Below are positions 42,475 to 51,552 of a stretch of DNA of 64,000 nucleotides, piece after piece. Source of the DNA: a phage; the sequence record PZ386947.1. One strand, 5' to 3'. The first letter of the stretch is position 1, and every line of letters starts with the position of its first letter. The notes under the pieces are model-generated. The model saw only the letters and a program-made list of their open reading frames with translations. It searched no databases and had not been told where the DNA came from. Both the position numbers and the translations under genes were made by a program.

Positions 42475-44294
42475 TATTGGCTCATCCATTCTTTACGAAG
42501 ATCAGCATTATCTCCCATGAGCATTTCAAAAAGCTCTTTCCAGTTCTCAGGAAGTTTAACAACATCATATACTGGGTTTTGAATCATCTCACGATATTCA
42601 GATTTTTCCAAAGAGCCAAGTCCTTTAATATAACGGATGCTATGTTTAGGTAGAGCATCTTTGGCACTCTCATATTCAGCGACTGTATAAAACCATTCTT
42701 GTTTTTTACCGACCTGAGCGATGATTACAGGAGTTTTGACAAAGCGAATTCGTCCTTGCTCAAACAATTCTGGCCAATTACTAAAAAATCCGAGCAGAGA
42801 AGGATAAATGCTTCCTAGACCATCATGGTCAGCATCAGTCATAATAGCAATATTATGATAATTCAAGTTTTCAGCTTTTTCACCGAGAACTAATCCAGTG
42901 ATTGCGCAAATATCAAATAGTTCTTTGTTTTTAAGCATATCGGCATATGACATACCCCAGCTATTAAGAACTTTACCGCGCAATGGATAACCACCATGAA
43001 GTTCTTTATCACGAACATCAATAAGATATCCGATAGCTGAATCACCCTCAGTCAAGAACAATGTAGTGTCAGCATCTTTACCGCAAAGATTCGCTTTAAT
43101 ATGTTTATGAACCTTAGCTTTAGAAGCCTTTTTAGCTGCTTTAGTTTCTGCTGCTTTTTCTGCTGCCAATTTACGGGCCAAGGCAGCTTCAATAATTGGC
43201 ATCAAAATAGCTTCATTATTTAGAATAGCGCGTGAAATCTTTTTAGCATCAAGCTGAATATGACTACGAATTTCGCCAAATGGAGAAGTCAAACGCTCTT
43301 TAGTTTGAGAATCAAATCGCATGTTTTTCATATCACGGACAAACATAACGATAGTCAAACATTCTTTGACACGCGCTTTAGTCACATCAATTTTGAACTT
43401 ACGTTTGATTTGCGGAATAAGGTCTTCACAAATATCATCCATAACACAGTCAATGTGATGGCCACCATTCTTAGTGTGAATGTTATTCACATAAGTTAAT
43501 TGGCGAAATCCATCCGGTGAACGACCAACCGCAATAGAACAATTTTCTTGTTCTTGAACAATAGCATGTTCATCATACTGTCGTGCATATTTCTTAAAAT
43601 TGCCCTGAACCTTTTTACCATTAAAGGTAAATTGAATATCAGGATAAACAACAGCAAGTGTCTGGAGACGATCTAGTGTAATGTCAAGATAAACTTGGGA
43701 CAGCTCATTAGTTTCAAATGACATAAAATCAGGAATGAAAGTAACACGAGTTCCTTTCCATTTTCCAGGAATAGTTTCCCAGGATTTATTTTCCATGCCA
43801 TTTGAACAACGAACTACAATATTATTTTGACCATCGCCAGTTTCACCGACAAACATCACAGAAAAAATGTTAGTTAAACTAGAACCAACACCATTCATAC
43901 CACCGGTGACGCGTTCTTTATCATCACCAAAGTTACCACCTGCTTTTGGAATAGTCCAAGCAGCAACTGGGCCAGGAATTTCTTCACCGGTAGGTGTTTT
44001 AACCATCGCTTGTGGAATACCGCGACCGTTATCTTCAACTGTTACCTGATTATTTTTAATGGTAACATTAATTTTATTTGCGAATTTAAACTTAGTACGA
44101 ATACCTTCATCTACTGAGTTATCGATAATTTCATCAATAAGCTTAACAAGACCAGGTACATACTGAACACTTTCCCATTTACCAAACAGAAAGCGCTCAT
44201 GCATTTCATTAGCTGAAGAGCCAATGTACATGCCGCTACGCTTTTTGATATGTTCAATATCGCTCAGAATTTTAATTTCATTCTTAATCATCAC
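42474..44294 (-). CDS. 39: DNA topoisomerase II large subunit, unsplit (gp39 plus gp60 equivalent)
   Basis: 606 aa continuous GyrB-like ORF (ATPase domain plus TOPRIM); T4 splits this into gene 39 and gene 60, here it is one ORF. Confidence 0.9.
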   Translation of the reverse strand: MMIKNEIKILSDIEHIKKRSGMYIGSSANEMHERFLFGKWESVQYVPGLVKLIDEIIDNSVDEGIRTKFKFANKINVTIKNNQVTVEDNGRGIPQAMVKTPTGEEIPGPVAAWTIPKAGGNFGDDKERVTGGMNGVGSSLTNIFSVMFVGETGDGQNNIVVRCSNGMENKSWETIPGKWKGTRVTFIPDFMSFETNELSQVYLDITLDRLQTLAVVYPDIQFTFNGKKVQGNFKKYARQYDEHAIVQEQENCSIAVGRSPDGFRQLTYVNNIHTKNGGHHIDCVMDDICEDLIPQIKRKFKIDVTKARVKECLTIVMFVRDMKNMRFDSQTKERLTSPFGEIRSHIQLDAKKISRAILNNEAILMPIIEAALARKLAAEKAAETKAAKKASKAKVHKHIKANLCGKDADTTLFLTEGDSAIGYLIDVRDKELHGGYPLRGKVLNSWGMSYADMLKNKELFDICAITGLVLGEKAENLNYHNIAIMTDADHDGLGSIYPSLLGFFSNWPELFEQGRIRFVKTPVIIAQVGKKQEWFYTVAEYESAKDALPKHSIRYIKGLGSLEKSEYREMIQNPVYDVVKLPENWKELFEMLMGDNADLRKEWMSQ

Positions 44295-44360
44295 TTATCC
44301 TCGTTTGGTTTCGGGAATATTATACTCCAGTAATCATAAAGCTAAAGGCCCGAAGGCCTT

Positions 44361-44630
44361 TTATTTAAAACGGATAGTCGAATCCTTGAAGAATAGACCA
44401 GAACATACTGTTCCTTCTACTTTCTGCCCAGTAGGTCCAACAGCACGAAATCCAGTGTGTTGGAAATCATTTTCAGAGCAACCGAACCAGTTATATCCAG
44501 TGATTTCAATATTAGTAAAACCGCTTGAAGATAAAACTTTGGTTGCATTATCAGCATCAGTACATCCTACTAAAGATACTGCTAATACTAATGCTGCAAT
44601 AGAACGATTAATATATTTCATAATTTTCAC
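44361..44630 (-). CDS. small secreted lipoprotein
   Basis: 89 aa; signal peptide with lipobox LVGC (MKIMKYINRSIAALVLAVSLVGC...). Confidence 0.5.
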   Translation of the reverse strand: MKIMKYINRSIAALVLAVSLVGCTDADNATKVLSSSGFTNIEITGYNWFGCSENDFQHTGFRAVGPTGQKVEGTVCSGLFFKDSTIRFK

Positions 44631-44998
44631 TTAAATTTAATGGCTTGAAGAAGACTAATAATTCTCAAGCGACTTCTTTCATCTTTAACTGTAAAAGAAA
44701 GAGGGTCACCAGATTTCATAGTAATAGTACATTCAAAATCAAAATCTTCGGGAACTTCTTCGAATAGGTCAAATTCTTCATCATAAATTAGAACATTACT
44801 CTGAAAACTGTGAAGAATTTTTCCATCATTTCCAGATGCTGTACTAATCATTGTAACATTATTACCTTTCATATCTTCAACGATAAATTCGCTTGTAGAT
44901 ATTACATTACTAATAGAACCATTCCTATAAATAGCAGAAAATAGATATTTCTTTTCTTCACCTTCGCGAATACGATACTTCTTACCGATTTTAAACAT
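44627..44998 (-). CDS. hypothetical protein
   Basis: 123 aa ORF. Confidence 0.4.
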   Translation of the reverse strand: MFKIGKKYRIREGEEKKYLFSAIYRNGSISNVISTSEFIVEDMKGNNVTMISTASGNDGKILHSFQSNVLIYDEEFDLFEEVPEDFDFECTITMKSGDPLSFTVKDERSRLRIISLLQAIKFK

Positions 44999-45000
44999 AA

Positions 45001-45177
45001 TTACCCTTTAAGTAAGTCGTAAAAACCGCCATTCACATGCTTAGGAGCAGAAGGCCGACGAGTAGACAGACGATGACATTTAGGACAAACATCATTTTCT
45101 CGTTCAGAAATCTTTTTAATTTTTTCATATTCATGCCCGCAATCTTCGGATTGGCATTTATAATCATACATTGGCAT
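45001..45177 (-). CDS. small zinc-ribbon protein
   Basis: Hand-translated 58 aa MPMYDYKCQSEDCGHEYEKIKKISERENDVCPKCHRL... with CxxC...CxxC; AAGGA Shine-Dalgarno. Confidence 0.4.
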   Translation of the reverse strand: MPMYDYKCQSEDCGHEYEKIKKISERENDVCPKCHRLSTRRPSAPKHVNGGFYDLLKG

Positions 45178-45179
45178 AA

Positions 45180-45599
45180 TTATTCCTTAAAGTGTGCTTT
45201 CAACATCTGATACAAGGACCATGCCTGTTCATTATTTTCAATAGTAACTTTCATGACCGGGAATTCTGTGAAATCTTCTATTTGTTCTTGCTCTTCCTGC
45301 TTTTGCTCTTCGGACGCTTGATATGGATTTCCAACTTCGTCAAAGAACTCTGCTTCATTCGTGGAGAGCCAGATAAAGTTTTCATCAAGGATATCACCGC
45401 CTGTTGCGTATCCAACCGTGCCAGTAGATGTCACAATTTTAGTAGGACGACTGAGATGGTCAACATCTAAAATTTTAAAAGGTTCCATACCTAAACGTCG
45501 TGCGTAGATTCCGTTATCAGTATGGTCTTTAATAAAAGCTTCTTGAGCTTGTTTATTTTTAAATTGATACCATTTATTAACTTCAAATCTAATAGCCAT
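45180..45599 (-). CDS. hypothetical protein (possibly goF-like)
   Basis: 139 aa ORF at the position of T4 goF; assignment is by position and length only. Confidence 0.35.
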   Translation of the reverse strand: MAIRFEVNKWYQFKNKQAQEAFIKDHTDNGIYARRLGMEPFKILDVDHLSRPTKIVTSTGTVGYATGGDILDENFIWLSTNEAEFFDEVGNPYQASEEQKQEEQEQIEDFTEFPVMKVTIENNEQAWSLYQMLKAHFKE

Positions 45600-45814
45600 T
45601 AATAAATTTCCTTCCAGTAAGTTGTACCGTCTTCAGTGATTTCACGGAATACATCATAAATCGGTTGTTTATCACCAACCTTTTCATACACATAAACCGA
45701 AGTCAAGTGAGTAAACTTGATGGTGTGTTCCTTTTTAACTACTACCAAATCTGGATCAAATAATACATCTTCAAATTCGTCATTAGTGCAATTCTGAACA
45801 ATTTTACGTTTCAT
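45599..45814 (-). CDS. hypothetical protein (possibly cef-like)
   Basis: 71 aa ORF, same length as T4 Cef; positional assignment only. Confidence 0.3.
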   Translation of the reverse strand: MKRKIVQNCTNDEFEDVLFDPDLVVVKKEHTIKFTHLTSVYVYEKVGDKQPIYDVFREITEDGTTYWKEIY

Positions 45815-45827
45815 TACAATTTCCTCA

Positions 45828-46109
45828 TTAATTGAACAGTGGAGCGATGCGTTTCAGAAGAGTAGCAGCACCTTTGGCAAATTTTACATCATGAAAAACA
45901 GTTTCTTCTTCCGTTACAACACGAGCTTTAATGTTTTCACAATCCCAATTTTTGCGAACAATCTTCAAAAGCTGCAGTAAATCTTTACATTCAGCAATAT
46001 CGATAACACATCCACGAGAATCTTCCATTATCGCACGATAACCGTAAGCCATACCATAATCGTTGAAAGATTGCTCGATGATAATTAAGTTTTCCATTTT
46101 ATTCTCCAA
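45828..46109 (-). CDS. hypothetical protein (motB.x)
   Basis: 93 aa ORF. Confidence 0.35.
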   Translation of the reverse strand: MENKMENLIIIEQSFNDYGMAYGYRAIMEDSRGCVIDIAECKDLLQLLKIVRKNWDCENIKARVVTEEETVFHDVKFAKGAATLLKRIAPLFN

Positions 46110-46194
46110 GTTGTTTTCTGTATCAGTAGTTGATATTGATATAGTACCATAATCAACTACTGATGTATATAGTTTTATGAAAAAATTTTAAACT

Positions 46195-46686
46195 TTATGC
46201 ATAGAGAGCATTGCTATAGTGTTTAATCCAACTTTCAGGAATGACTTTGTATGTTCCTAAAAATACCACATTGTATAACTTAACGCCATCTTCTACCCAT
46301 TGATCGGTAATATATCCACACATAGCGCGAGTACGCCGAGGAAGTGGTTGTCCACCTTCGATAAATTTAAACTCATAAGGAGCAATGAACTTAATAGCTT
46401 TACCGAGTTTCCACTTAAAGTCTACACCTACATGCGAAGTATCAATCGTTTCAATTCCTTTAGCAGGAACAGCTTTCAAAAACGCAGATTCAAGAAATTT
46501 CGCGCGAACATAACCAAACTGAGGTTTAGACTTTCCATCTTTAGGAATGATACGCACTTTTACTTCAGAATCTTCATCTTTAACACCATGTTTAAGCTGA
46601 ATGCTTACAATTTCAACCAATTTTCCTGCTGCTTTAGAACGGGATTTATCAGATACACGAGCAATTTCACCAATATTAATAATCAT
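46195..46686 (-). CDS. motB: MotB-like DNA-binding protein
   Basis: 163 aa (T4 MotB 162 aa) at the expected position upstream of dexA cluster; early promoter directly upstream. Confidence 0.5.
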   Translation of the reverse strand: MIINIGEIARVSDKSRSKAAGKLVEIVSIQLKHGVKDEDSEVKVRIIPKDGKSKPQFGYVRAKFLESAFLKAVPAKGIETIDTSHVGVDFKWKLGKAIKFIAPYEFKFIEGGQPLPRRTRAMCGYITDQWVEDGVKLYNVVFLGTYKVIPESWIKHYSNALYA

Positions 46687-46730
46687 AGTTATCTCTCACT
46701 TGTTAAAAAGATTTTATACTCCACGGGACC

Positions 46731-46760
46731 ATTATACTCTGGTCCCAAGAGTTTGTAAAC
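46731..46760 (-). promoter_or_regulatory. early sigma70-type promoter for motB
   Basis: Minus strand GTTTAC (46760-46755), 18-nt spacer, TATAAT (46736-46731); -10 lies in the loop of inverted repeat GGGACC/GGTCCC. Confidence 0.5.
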
Positions 46761-46762
46761 TA

Positions 46763-47302
46763 TTAATTTAAAATAGCTACCACCGCACTACGAGGTACTA
46801 CACTAAAATCACCTGCATGAACAACGTTCAGAAGTTCAACACCATCTTCAATCCATTGGTCTGTTACCCAACCACAGACCGAAATAAATGGAGTCTTGAT
46901 AGCTACCGCACGAGTTAGAAGGTCAGTAGGATCGCATTCTTGAAAGAGGATGAACTCTGCTTCAAAAACTATAGTTTTAATTACTTCATCATTATCTAAA
47001 CGGTGCACTCGAATCACGTAAGCTTTATTCTTATCATGCCAGTTACTTTTTGAAAAGCTTTTAACCACAAACTCGCCTTCACCAAAAACATTAGTCAATG
47101 CTTTATAACCCAAATTTAGTTCAGTAGTTTTAATTTCAGTTTCAGCCAGTTTGTAGATTTTGCCGATTTCAATAGCGGTAGTCATAGTAGGTTCCTTAAT
47201 TTCCAGTGGTTTAACAGGGCATACATAAGTGCTTACAACATCAAAATCAATCAGTTTAGCTACCGGATTTGGTATGTATTCAGGATTATAATTAAATTTC
47301 AT
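46763..47302 (-). CDS. MotB-paralogous protein
   Basis: 179 aa; C-terminal segment CGWVTDQWIEDGVELLNVV parallels CGYITDQWVEDGVKLYNVV of the adjacent MotB-like ORF. Confidence 0.4.
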   Translation of the reverse strand: MKFNYNPEYIPNPVAKLIDFDVVSTYVCPVKPLEIKEPTMTTAIEIGKIYKLAETEIKTTELNLGYKALTNVFGEGEFVVKSFSKSNWHDKNKAYVIRVHRLDNDEVIKTIVFEAEFILFQECDPTDLLTRAVAIKTPFISVCGWVTDQWIEDGVELLNVVHAGDFSVVPRSAVVAILN

Positions 47303-47304
47303 AA

Positions 47305-47844
47305 TTATCTCATTTCAATAAAATCTATGAGTTCAGCATGCGATTTGCGGAACATTACTTGGTGCCCACCAATGATAACTTCATCTTCAGGAACTTCGTA
47401 TACAGCGAGATAAAATCCTTTAGAAGATAATTCTTCCCGCTCTTCTCGTGTGAACCATCTCATCATATCATATTCACTAGCGAAAGCAAAATGATAAAGA
47501 GCTATAAACCACCCTGGAATATGATATTCTACTCCAACATAATCTTTCTTGAACTTAGTATTAATTACTATATTAGCGTTTTTAACTAATAGTTTATCTT
47601 CGTGTGGTAAAGGAATTCTTTTATTATTATCGCTATGATGCATAAAATTAGGTCTGTCATAACCTACGTGTAATAGCCACTCTTCGCTCCATGAATCTAT
47701 TATACTCCTGTACGGCGTTATTTGAACACAAAGATTTCGACGTATTGTTATAGCATCTTCATAATCAAGAATACTAAACGATGATTCAACACGATAAATT
47801 TTCATTTTATTATCCTCAGTAGCTATGGTGTTATAATACCACAA
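47305..47844 (-). CDS. hypothetical protein (dexA-downstream)
   Basis: 179 aa ORF; early promoter GTTTAC...TGGTATTAT at about 47830-47865 upstream. Confidence 0.4.
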   Translation of the reverse strand: MWYYNTIATEDNKMKIYRVESSFSILDYEDAITIRRNLCVQITPYRSIIDSWSEEWLLHVGYDRPNFMHHSDNNKRIPLPHEDKLLVKNANIVINTKFKKDYVGVEYHIPGWFIALYHFAFASEYDMMRWFTREEREELSSKGFYLAVYEVPEDEVIIGGHQVMFRKSHAELIDFIEMR

Positions 47845-47868
47845 CTAACCGAGGAAGTAAACAACTTT

Positions 47869-48552
47869 TTATCGTTTTGTTGGAAGAGATAGAGGATCGC
47901 ATTCTTCCTCTGACGGAGCATCTTCAAGACCCATAGCATATCGCAAAGCATACTTCATCATCAGAATGTCTTTCGCACAGTCATGAATAGAATCATGCGC
48001 AACGAATCCATCTAAAGTTCCCTTTGGAAGAGGACATGTGGTCATATCACGAACAAGCAGAAGTGCTTCAATTCTGGTACGAATATCACGCTGATTCCAA
48101 AATTTACATGGTTCTAACTTAAATGTGTCAAGCTCATTCTCAGATACACCATTAAGACGCTGAATATCACGAATGAGATCGACTAAAATTGGAAAATCAA
48201 ATGACATTCCACGACACCAGCCTTGAGATTTCCAAGGATCGATATTATGTGCATTAATGTAATCATTAAATTTTGCAATACCATCGATAGTGCTTACATC
48301 TTCATCTGATGGTGCAATATTTTTTCGAGCTTCAGGAGATTGGTTCTTCCACCATTCAATAGTGCTTTTAGTAAAAAGACGATGTCCTTTTTGGCTTTTT
48401 AAATCAAATTTGATTTTAATGCCGCGTGAAACTAATTCATCAAATGTTTCAACTACTTCTGGGTTAGGGTCAAAAGCAATTACAGCTAAATCAATAACAG
48501 CTGCCTTTTCGCCGCTTCCCATTGTTTCAAAATCTATAATAAAATCAAACAT
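47869..48552 (-). CDS. dexA: exonuclease A (DEDD-type 3-prime to 5-prime exonuclease)
   Basis: 227 aa as in T4 DexA; N-terminal Exo I-like motif IIDFETMG. Confidence 0.8.
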   Translation of the reverse strand: MFDFIIDFETMGSGEKAAVIDLAVIAFDPNPEVVETFDELVSRGIKIKFDLKSQKGHRLFTKSTIEWWKNQSPEARKNIAPSDEDVSTIDGIAKFNDYINAHNIDPWKSQGWCRGMSFDFPILVDLIRDIQRLNGVSENELDTFKLEPCKFWNQRDIRTRIEALLLVRDMTTCPLPKGTLDGFVAHDSIHDCAKDILMMKYALRYAMGLEDAPSEEECDPLSLPTKR

Positions 48553-48794
48553 TAAATTTTCCTCGCTAAATCACGAATTTGACCTACAGTATAGTCTTGA
48601 ATATAAACTTTATTGATAGGCTCATCAATAAATTTTGCCATAGATTCAATATCTTTTTGTATTTCTTCAAGACTGTATACTATCTTTAAAGCTTTTTCGC
48701 GAATAGTAATATTTTCAGGACCCGGATTTTCTTCAATGACAGCTTTAACATTTGTCATAAGAGATTTAAATTGGTACCAACTTAATTCAATCAT
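48552..48794 (-). CDS. hypothetical protein (dexA.1)
   Basis: 80 aa; paralogous to the adjacent 86-aa ORF. Confidence 0.4.
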   Translation of the reverse strand: MIELSWYQFKSLMTNVKAVIEENPGPENITIREKALKIVYSLEEIQKDIESMAKFIDEPINKVYIQDYTVGQIRDLARKI

Positions 48795-49047
48795 TAATAA
48801 TCGCCTTATAAAGATAGCTAATTTCGCCTAAAACGTAATCATTGATTGTAACAGTTTTAACTTCACCACAAAAGAATTCTAACGCAATTAAATCTCGTTC
48901 AATTTCTTCTAATTGAAGCATCAACTTACTAGATTCTATTTTTACAGTTTCACGATTTTTGCTATAAGCAATTTCATAAATTTCGCTTACTTTATCTTGA
49001 AGAAGATAAAACTGATCTTTAGTTATTTCCACGAATAGCTTCCTCAA
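48787..49047 (-). CDS. hypothetical protein (dexA.2)
   Basis: 86 aa; shares LEEI(Q/E)(K/R)D...(V/I).I.DY..G.I pattern with dexA.1. Confidence 0.4.
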   Translation of the reverse strand: MRKLFVEITKDQFYLLQDKVSEIYEIAYSKNRETVKIESSKLMLQLEEIERDLIALEFFCGEVKTVTINDYVLGEISYLYKAIIND

Positions 49048-49053
49048 ATTTAA

Positions 49054-50373
49054 TCATACATAAAACACATCATAACGACCACGGGTAACACCAACATAAA
49101 GAAGTTGTTGAGCCAATTCAGCATCTGCATAATGAATACAAGGCGTATAAATGAAAGCACGGTCTACAGACATGCCCTGTGCTTTATGGAATGTTGATGC
49201 AGGAAGTGCTTTCACTTTACTAAACTGTGATTTAGCATCCCAAAAATCACTCCATGGAGCTTTTCCGCCTTTGTTCCAATTTTTATAAGTTTCTGCCGTT
49301 TTACCTAAAAATAGGTTAAACTTATACAGTTCTTCATCAGATGAAATTATTTTAATCTTTTCACGATAATATTCATCATCGCCATAAGTTTCTACTGTTA
49401 AATCCCAATGACGAATTAAGTATTCTCCAGGAACACCACGAGCTTTAACAAACGTCGATGTATACTCTGCTTCTATAATACGAACTAATTGTCCGTTATT
49501 AAAAATAATTTCTAGCACAGGCTTTCCATCAATTTTATATGTTTTAATTAATGGTTCCTGCATTACAATAATTTCACCGACAATAAAATCTTTATCAGTT
49601 TCAAAAATCTTTTTACGAATAATGCTATTTAACTTGTCAACAGATTTATTCGTAAATGCCATTACGCGATTTTCAAACAAATCATCTAGTGATTTTACGA
49701 TTGAAAAATAATTTACCATAAAATCGCGTAAAGCGGTATCACCTGTAAATCCACGTACTCCATGCCCGTCAACAATTTTATCATAAATCCACTTACCGTT
49801 ACGAACATCAGTAGCTACATCAATAATAGGAGCATTACTGCGTTTAACTTCAGTAAGTTCACACTGATAAAAATCTTTGTGTGTAAAGAACGGACTGATA
49901 TAAGCAGTGTTTTCTCCTGGGTCAACAGGTCTAATTTGCTTATTATCACCTATTCCAATTATAGTACACCACGGCGGGATAGTTGAAAGCAGAATTTTAA
50001 ATAGCTTTCTATCATACATTGACACTTCGTCGCAGATTAATACCCTGCATTTAGCTAAATCTGGTACTTCCTTCTGCTCAAAAAGAACATTTTCTTCATA
50101 TGTTACTGGGTTAATTTTAAGAATACTATGAATAGTACTCGCTTCTTTCCCTGATAGTTTTGAAAGAATCTTTTTAGCCGCATGCGTAGGAGCTGCTAAA
50201 ATAATACCAGTTTCACCCGTAGATATTAAAGCTTCAATGATGAATTTAGTAAGAGTAGTCTTACCGGTACCAGCAGGTCCATTAATAGTTACATGATGTT
50301 TCTTTTCTTTAATAGCCCTCATAACGATGTTAAAGGCATTTTTCTGGCCTTCTGTCAAATCATCAAATGTCAT
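49054..50373 (-). CDS. dda: Dda DNA helicase (SF1B)
   Basis: 439 aa as in T4 Dda; Walker A GPAGTGKTT. Confidence 0.9.
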   Translation of the reverse strand: MTFDDLTEGQKNAFNIVMRAIKEKKHHVTINGPAGTGKTTLTKFIIEALISTGETGIILAAPTHAAKKILSKLSGKEASTIHSILKINPVTYEENVLFEQKEVPDLAKCRVLICDEVSMYDRKLFKILLSTIPPWCTIIGIGDNKQIRPVDPGENTAYISPFFTHKDFYQCELTEVKRSNAPIIDVATDVRNGKWIYDKIVDGHGVRGFTGDTALRDFMVNYFSIVKSLDDLFENRVMAFTNKSVDKLNSIIRKKIFETDKDFIVGEIIVMQEPLIKTYKIDGKPVLEIIFNNGQLVRIIEAEYTSTFVKARGVPGEYLIRHWDLTVETYGDDEYYREKIKIISSDEELYKFNLFLGKTAETYKNWNKGGKAPWSDFWDAKSQFSKVKALPASTFHKAQGMSVDRAFIYTPCIHYADAELAQQLLYVGVTRGRYDVFYV

Positions 50374-50681
50374 CGGAAAGTCCCTGCAATTGGAATACTA
50401 ACAATACGCCCAGTATCTAGAATTCGTTGATATAATCTTTGTGTATCTACATCAGGCTTAACATGTTTAACTTCTATTTTATTAAACCAAAACTTGCGTG
50501 GAGTCTCAACTAGTCTTGGAATTCCCATACCTAAAGCTAGTTTATATTGGTCTTTGAGAGTAGTAAAAACTCTATCAGCAATCTCTCTTTCAAAAAATAC
50601 AGCAGGACGATGTTCATCAAGTGGAACTGGCGCAGTAAATCCATCTTTGTCTCGGTAAACTATCGCATATACATAAACCAT
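50370..50681 (-). CDS. hypothetical protein (dda.1)
   Basis: 103 aa ORF, ATGA overlap with dda. Confidence 0.45.
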   Translation of the reverse strand: MVYVYAIVYRDKDGFTAPVPLDEHRPAVFFEREIADRVFTTLKDQYKLALGMGIPRLVETPRKFWFNKIEVKHVKPDVDTQRLYQRILDTGRIVSIPIAGTFR

Positions 50682-50682
50682 A

Positions 50683-51429
50683 TTATCCTCGGATAAGTTT
50701 AAAAATTGAACAATTTAGCGGGTATCCTCTTTTCAGTTTAAGTTTATCAATAAAAGACAAGTTTTGATACCGCTCTACACCTTGAATAATTTTATCACAC
50801 ATATCATATTGCATTTCTGCTTCTGACAACTTTTTCACAATTTTCCAATCCGAGCCTTTAAGAAGAACGTTCAATTTAACAACTTCAGCGCCTTCTGCTA
50901 TGCGAGAACCATCAATACGTGCTTTAAGTGCTATAATCCTTAGCTTAATGTCAGAGGTCTGTTTTGATTTAGAAAGCTGAGAAATGTGTTCAATTCGGTT
51001 TTCACGTTTTTTCTGTATAGCTTTAATTTGATTATAAGTCTTTTTGATTTTAGCCCATTTCTTTTCATCTAAATTTAGTTTATGAACTTTTTTCGCAGAT
51101 GAACGACCAATTCGCAAAGCAAATAAATCACGCTTTTCAATCAACTCTTCTAAAGTATAATCAGAACGAAATGTATTATACTTTTTCTTTACTGCAATAA
51201 CATTCCCTTTAATGTATCCAACGTTATTATCAAAACGTTCTAATGATAATTTCTCTCCTTCAATACGATTATCAAAAGGTTCTCCCGAGTAAGCGCAAAC
51301 TTTTTGATCTAAAATGTTCTTAATGTAATTGAAGTCTAAGTTAAAATCTTTAGAACGTCTTTTTGCAGATGCCTGAGTATGCTCTAAACGACGTTTAATT
51401 TTACGAATTTGATTATTAGACAGCTTCAT
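50683..51429 (-). CDS. srd: Srd-like protein
   Basis: 248 aa basic protein at the T4 srd position between dda.1 and modA; contains an HNH-like segment C.YSG...LSLERFDNNVGYIKGNVIAVKKKYN. Confidence 0.45.
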   Translation of the reverse strand: MKLSNNQIRKIKRRLEHTQASAKRRSKDFNLDFNYIKNILDQKVCAYSGEPFDNRIEGEKLSLERFDNNVGYIKGNVIAVKKKYNTFRSDYTLEELIEKRDLFALRIGRSSAKKVHKLNLDEKKWAKIKKTYNQIKAIQKKRENRIEHISQLSKSKQTSDIKLRIIALKARIDGSRIAEGAEVVKLNVLLKGSDWKIVKKLSEAEMQYDMCDKIIQGVERYQNLSFIDKLKLKRGYPLNCSIFKLIRG

Positions 51430-51510
51430 ATTTTTCTCACATCTTACGGACGGTTAACTACTTATACTATAACATTTTTACCTTAACTTGTAAACAACTT
51501 TATGTAAAAA

Positions 51511-51535
51511 TGCTTTAAAACTTTCATGGTATAAT
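51511..51535 (+). promoter_or_regulatory. middle-promoter-like element on the plus strand (antisense to modA)
   Basis: MotA-box-like TGCTTTA at 51511-51517, then extended -10 TGgTATAAT at 51527-51535 with middle-promoter spacing; plus strand, facing into minus-strand modA. Confidence 0.35.
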
Positions 51536-51552
51536 GAATCTAAGTCCTTCCA

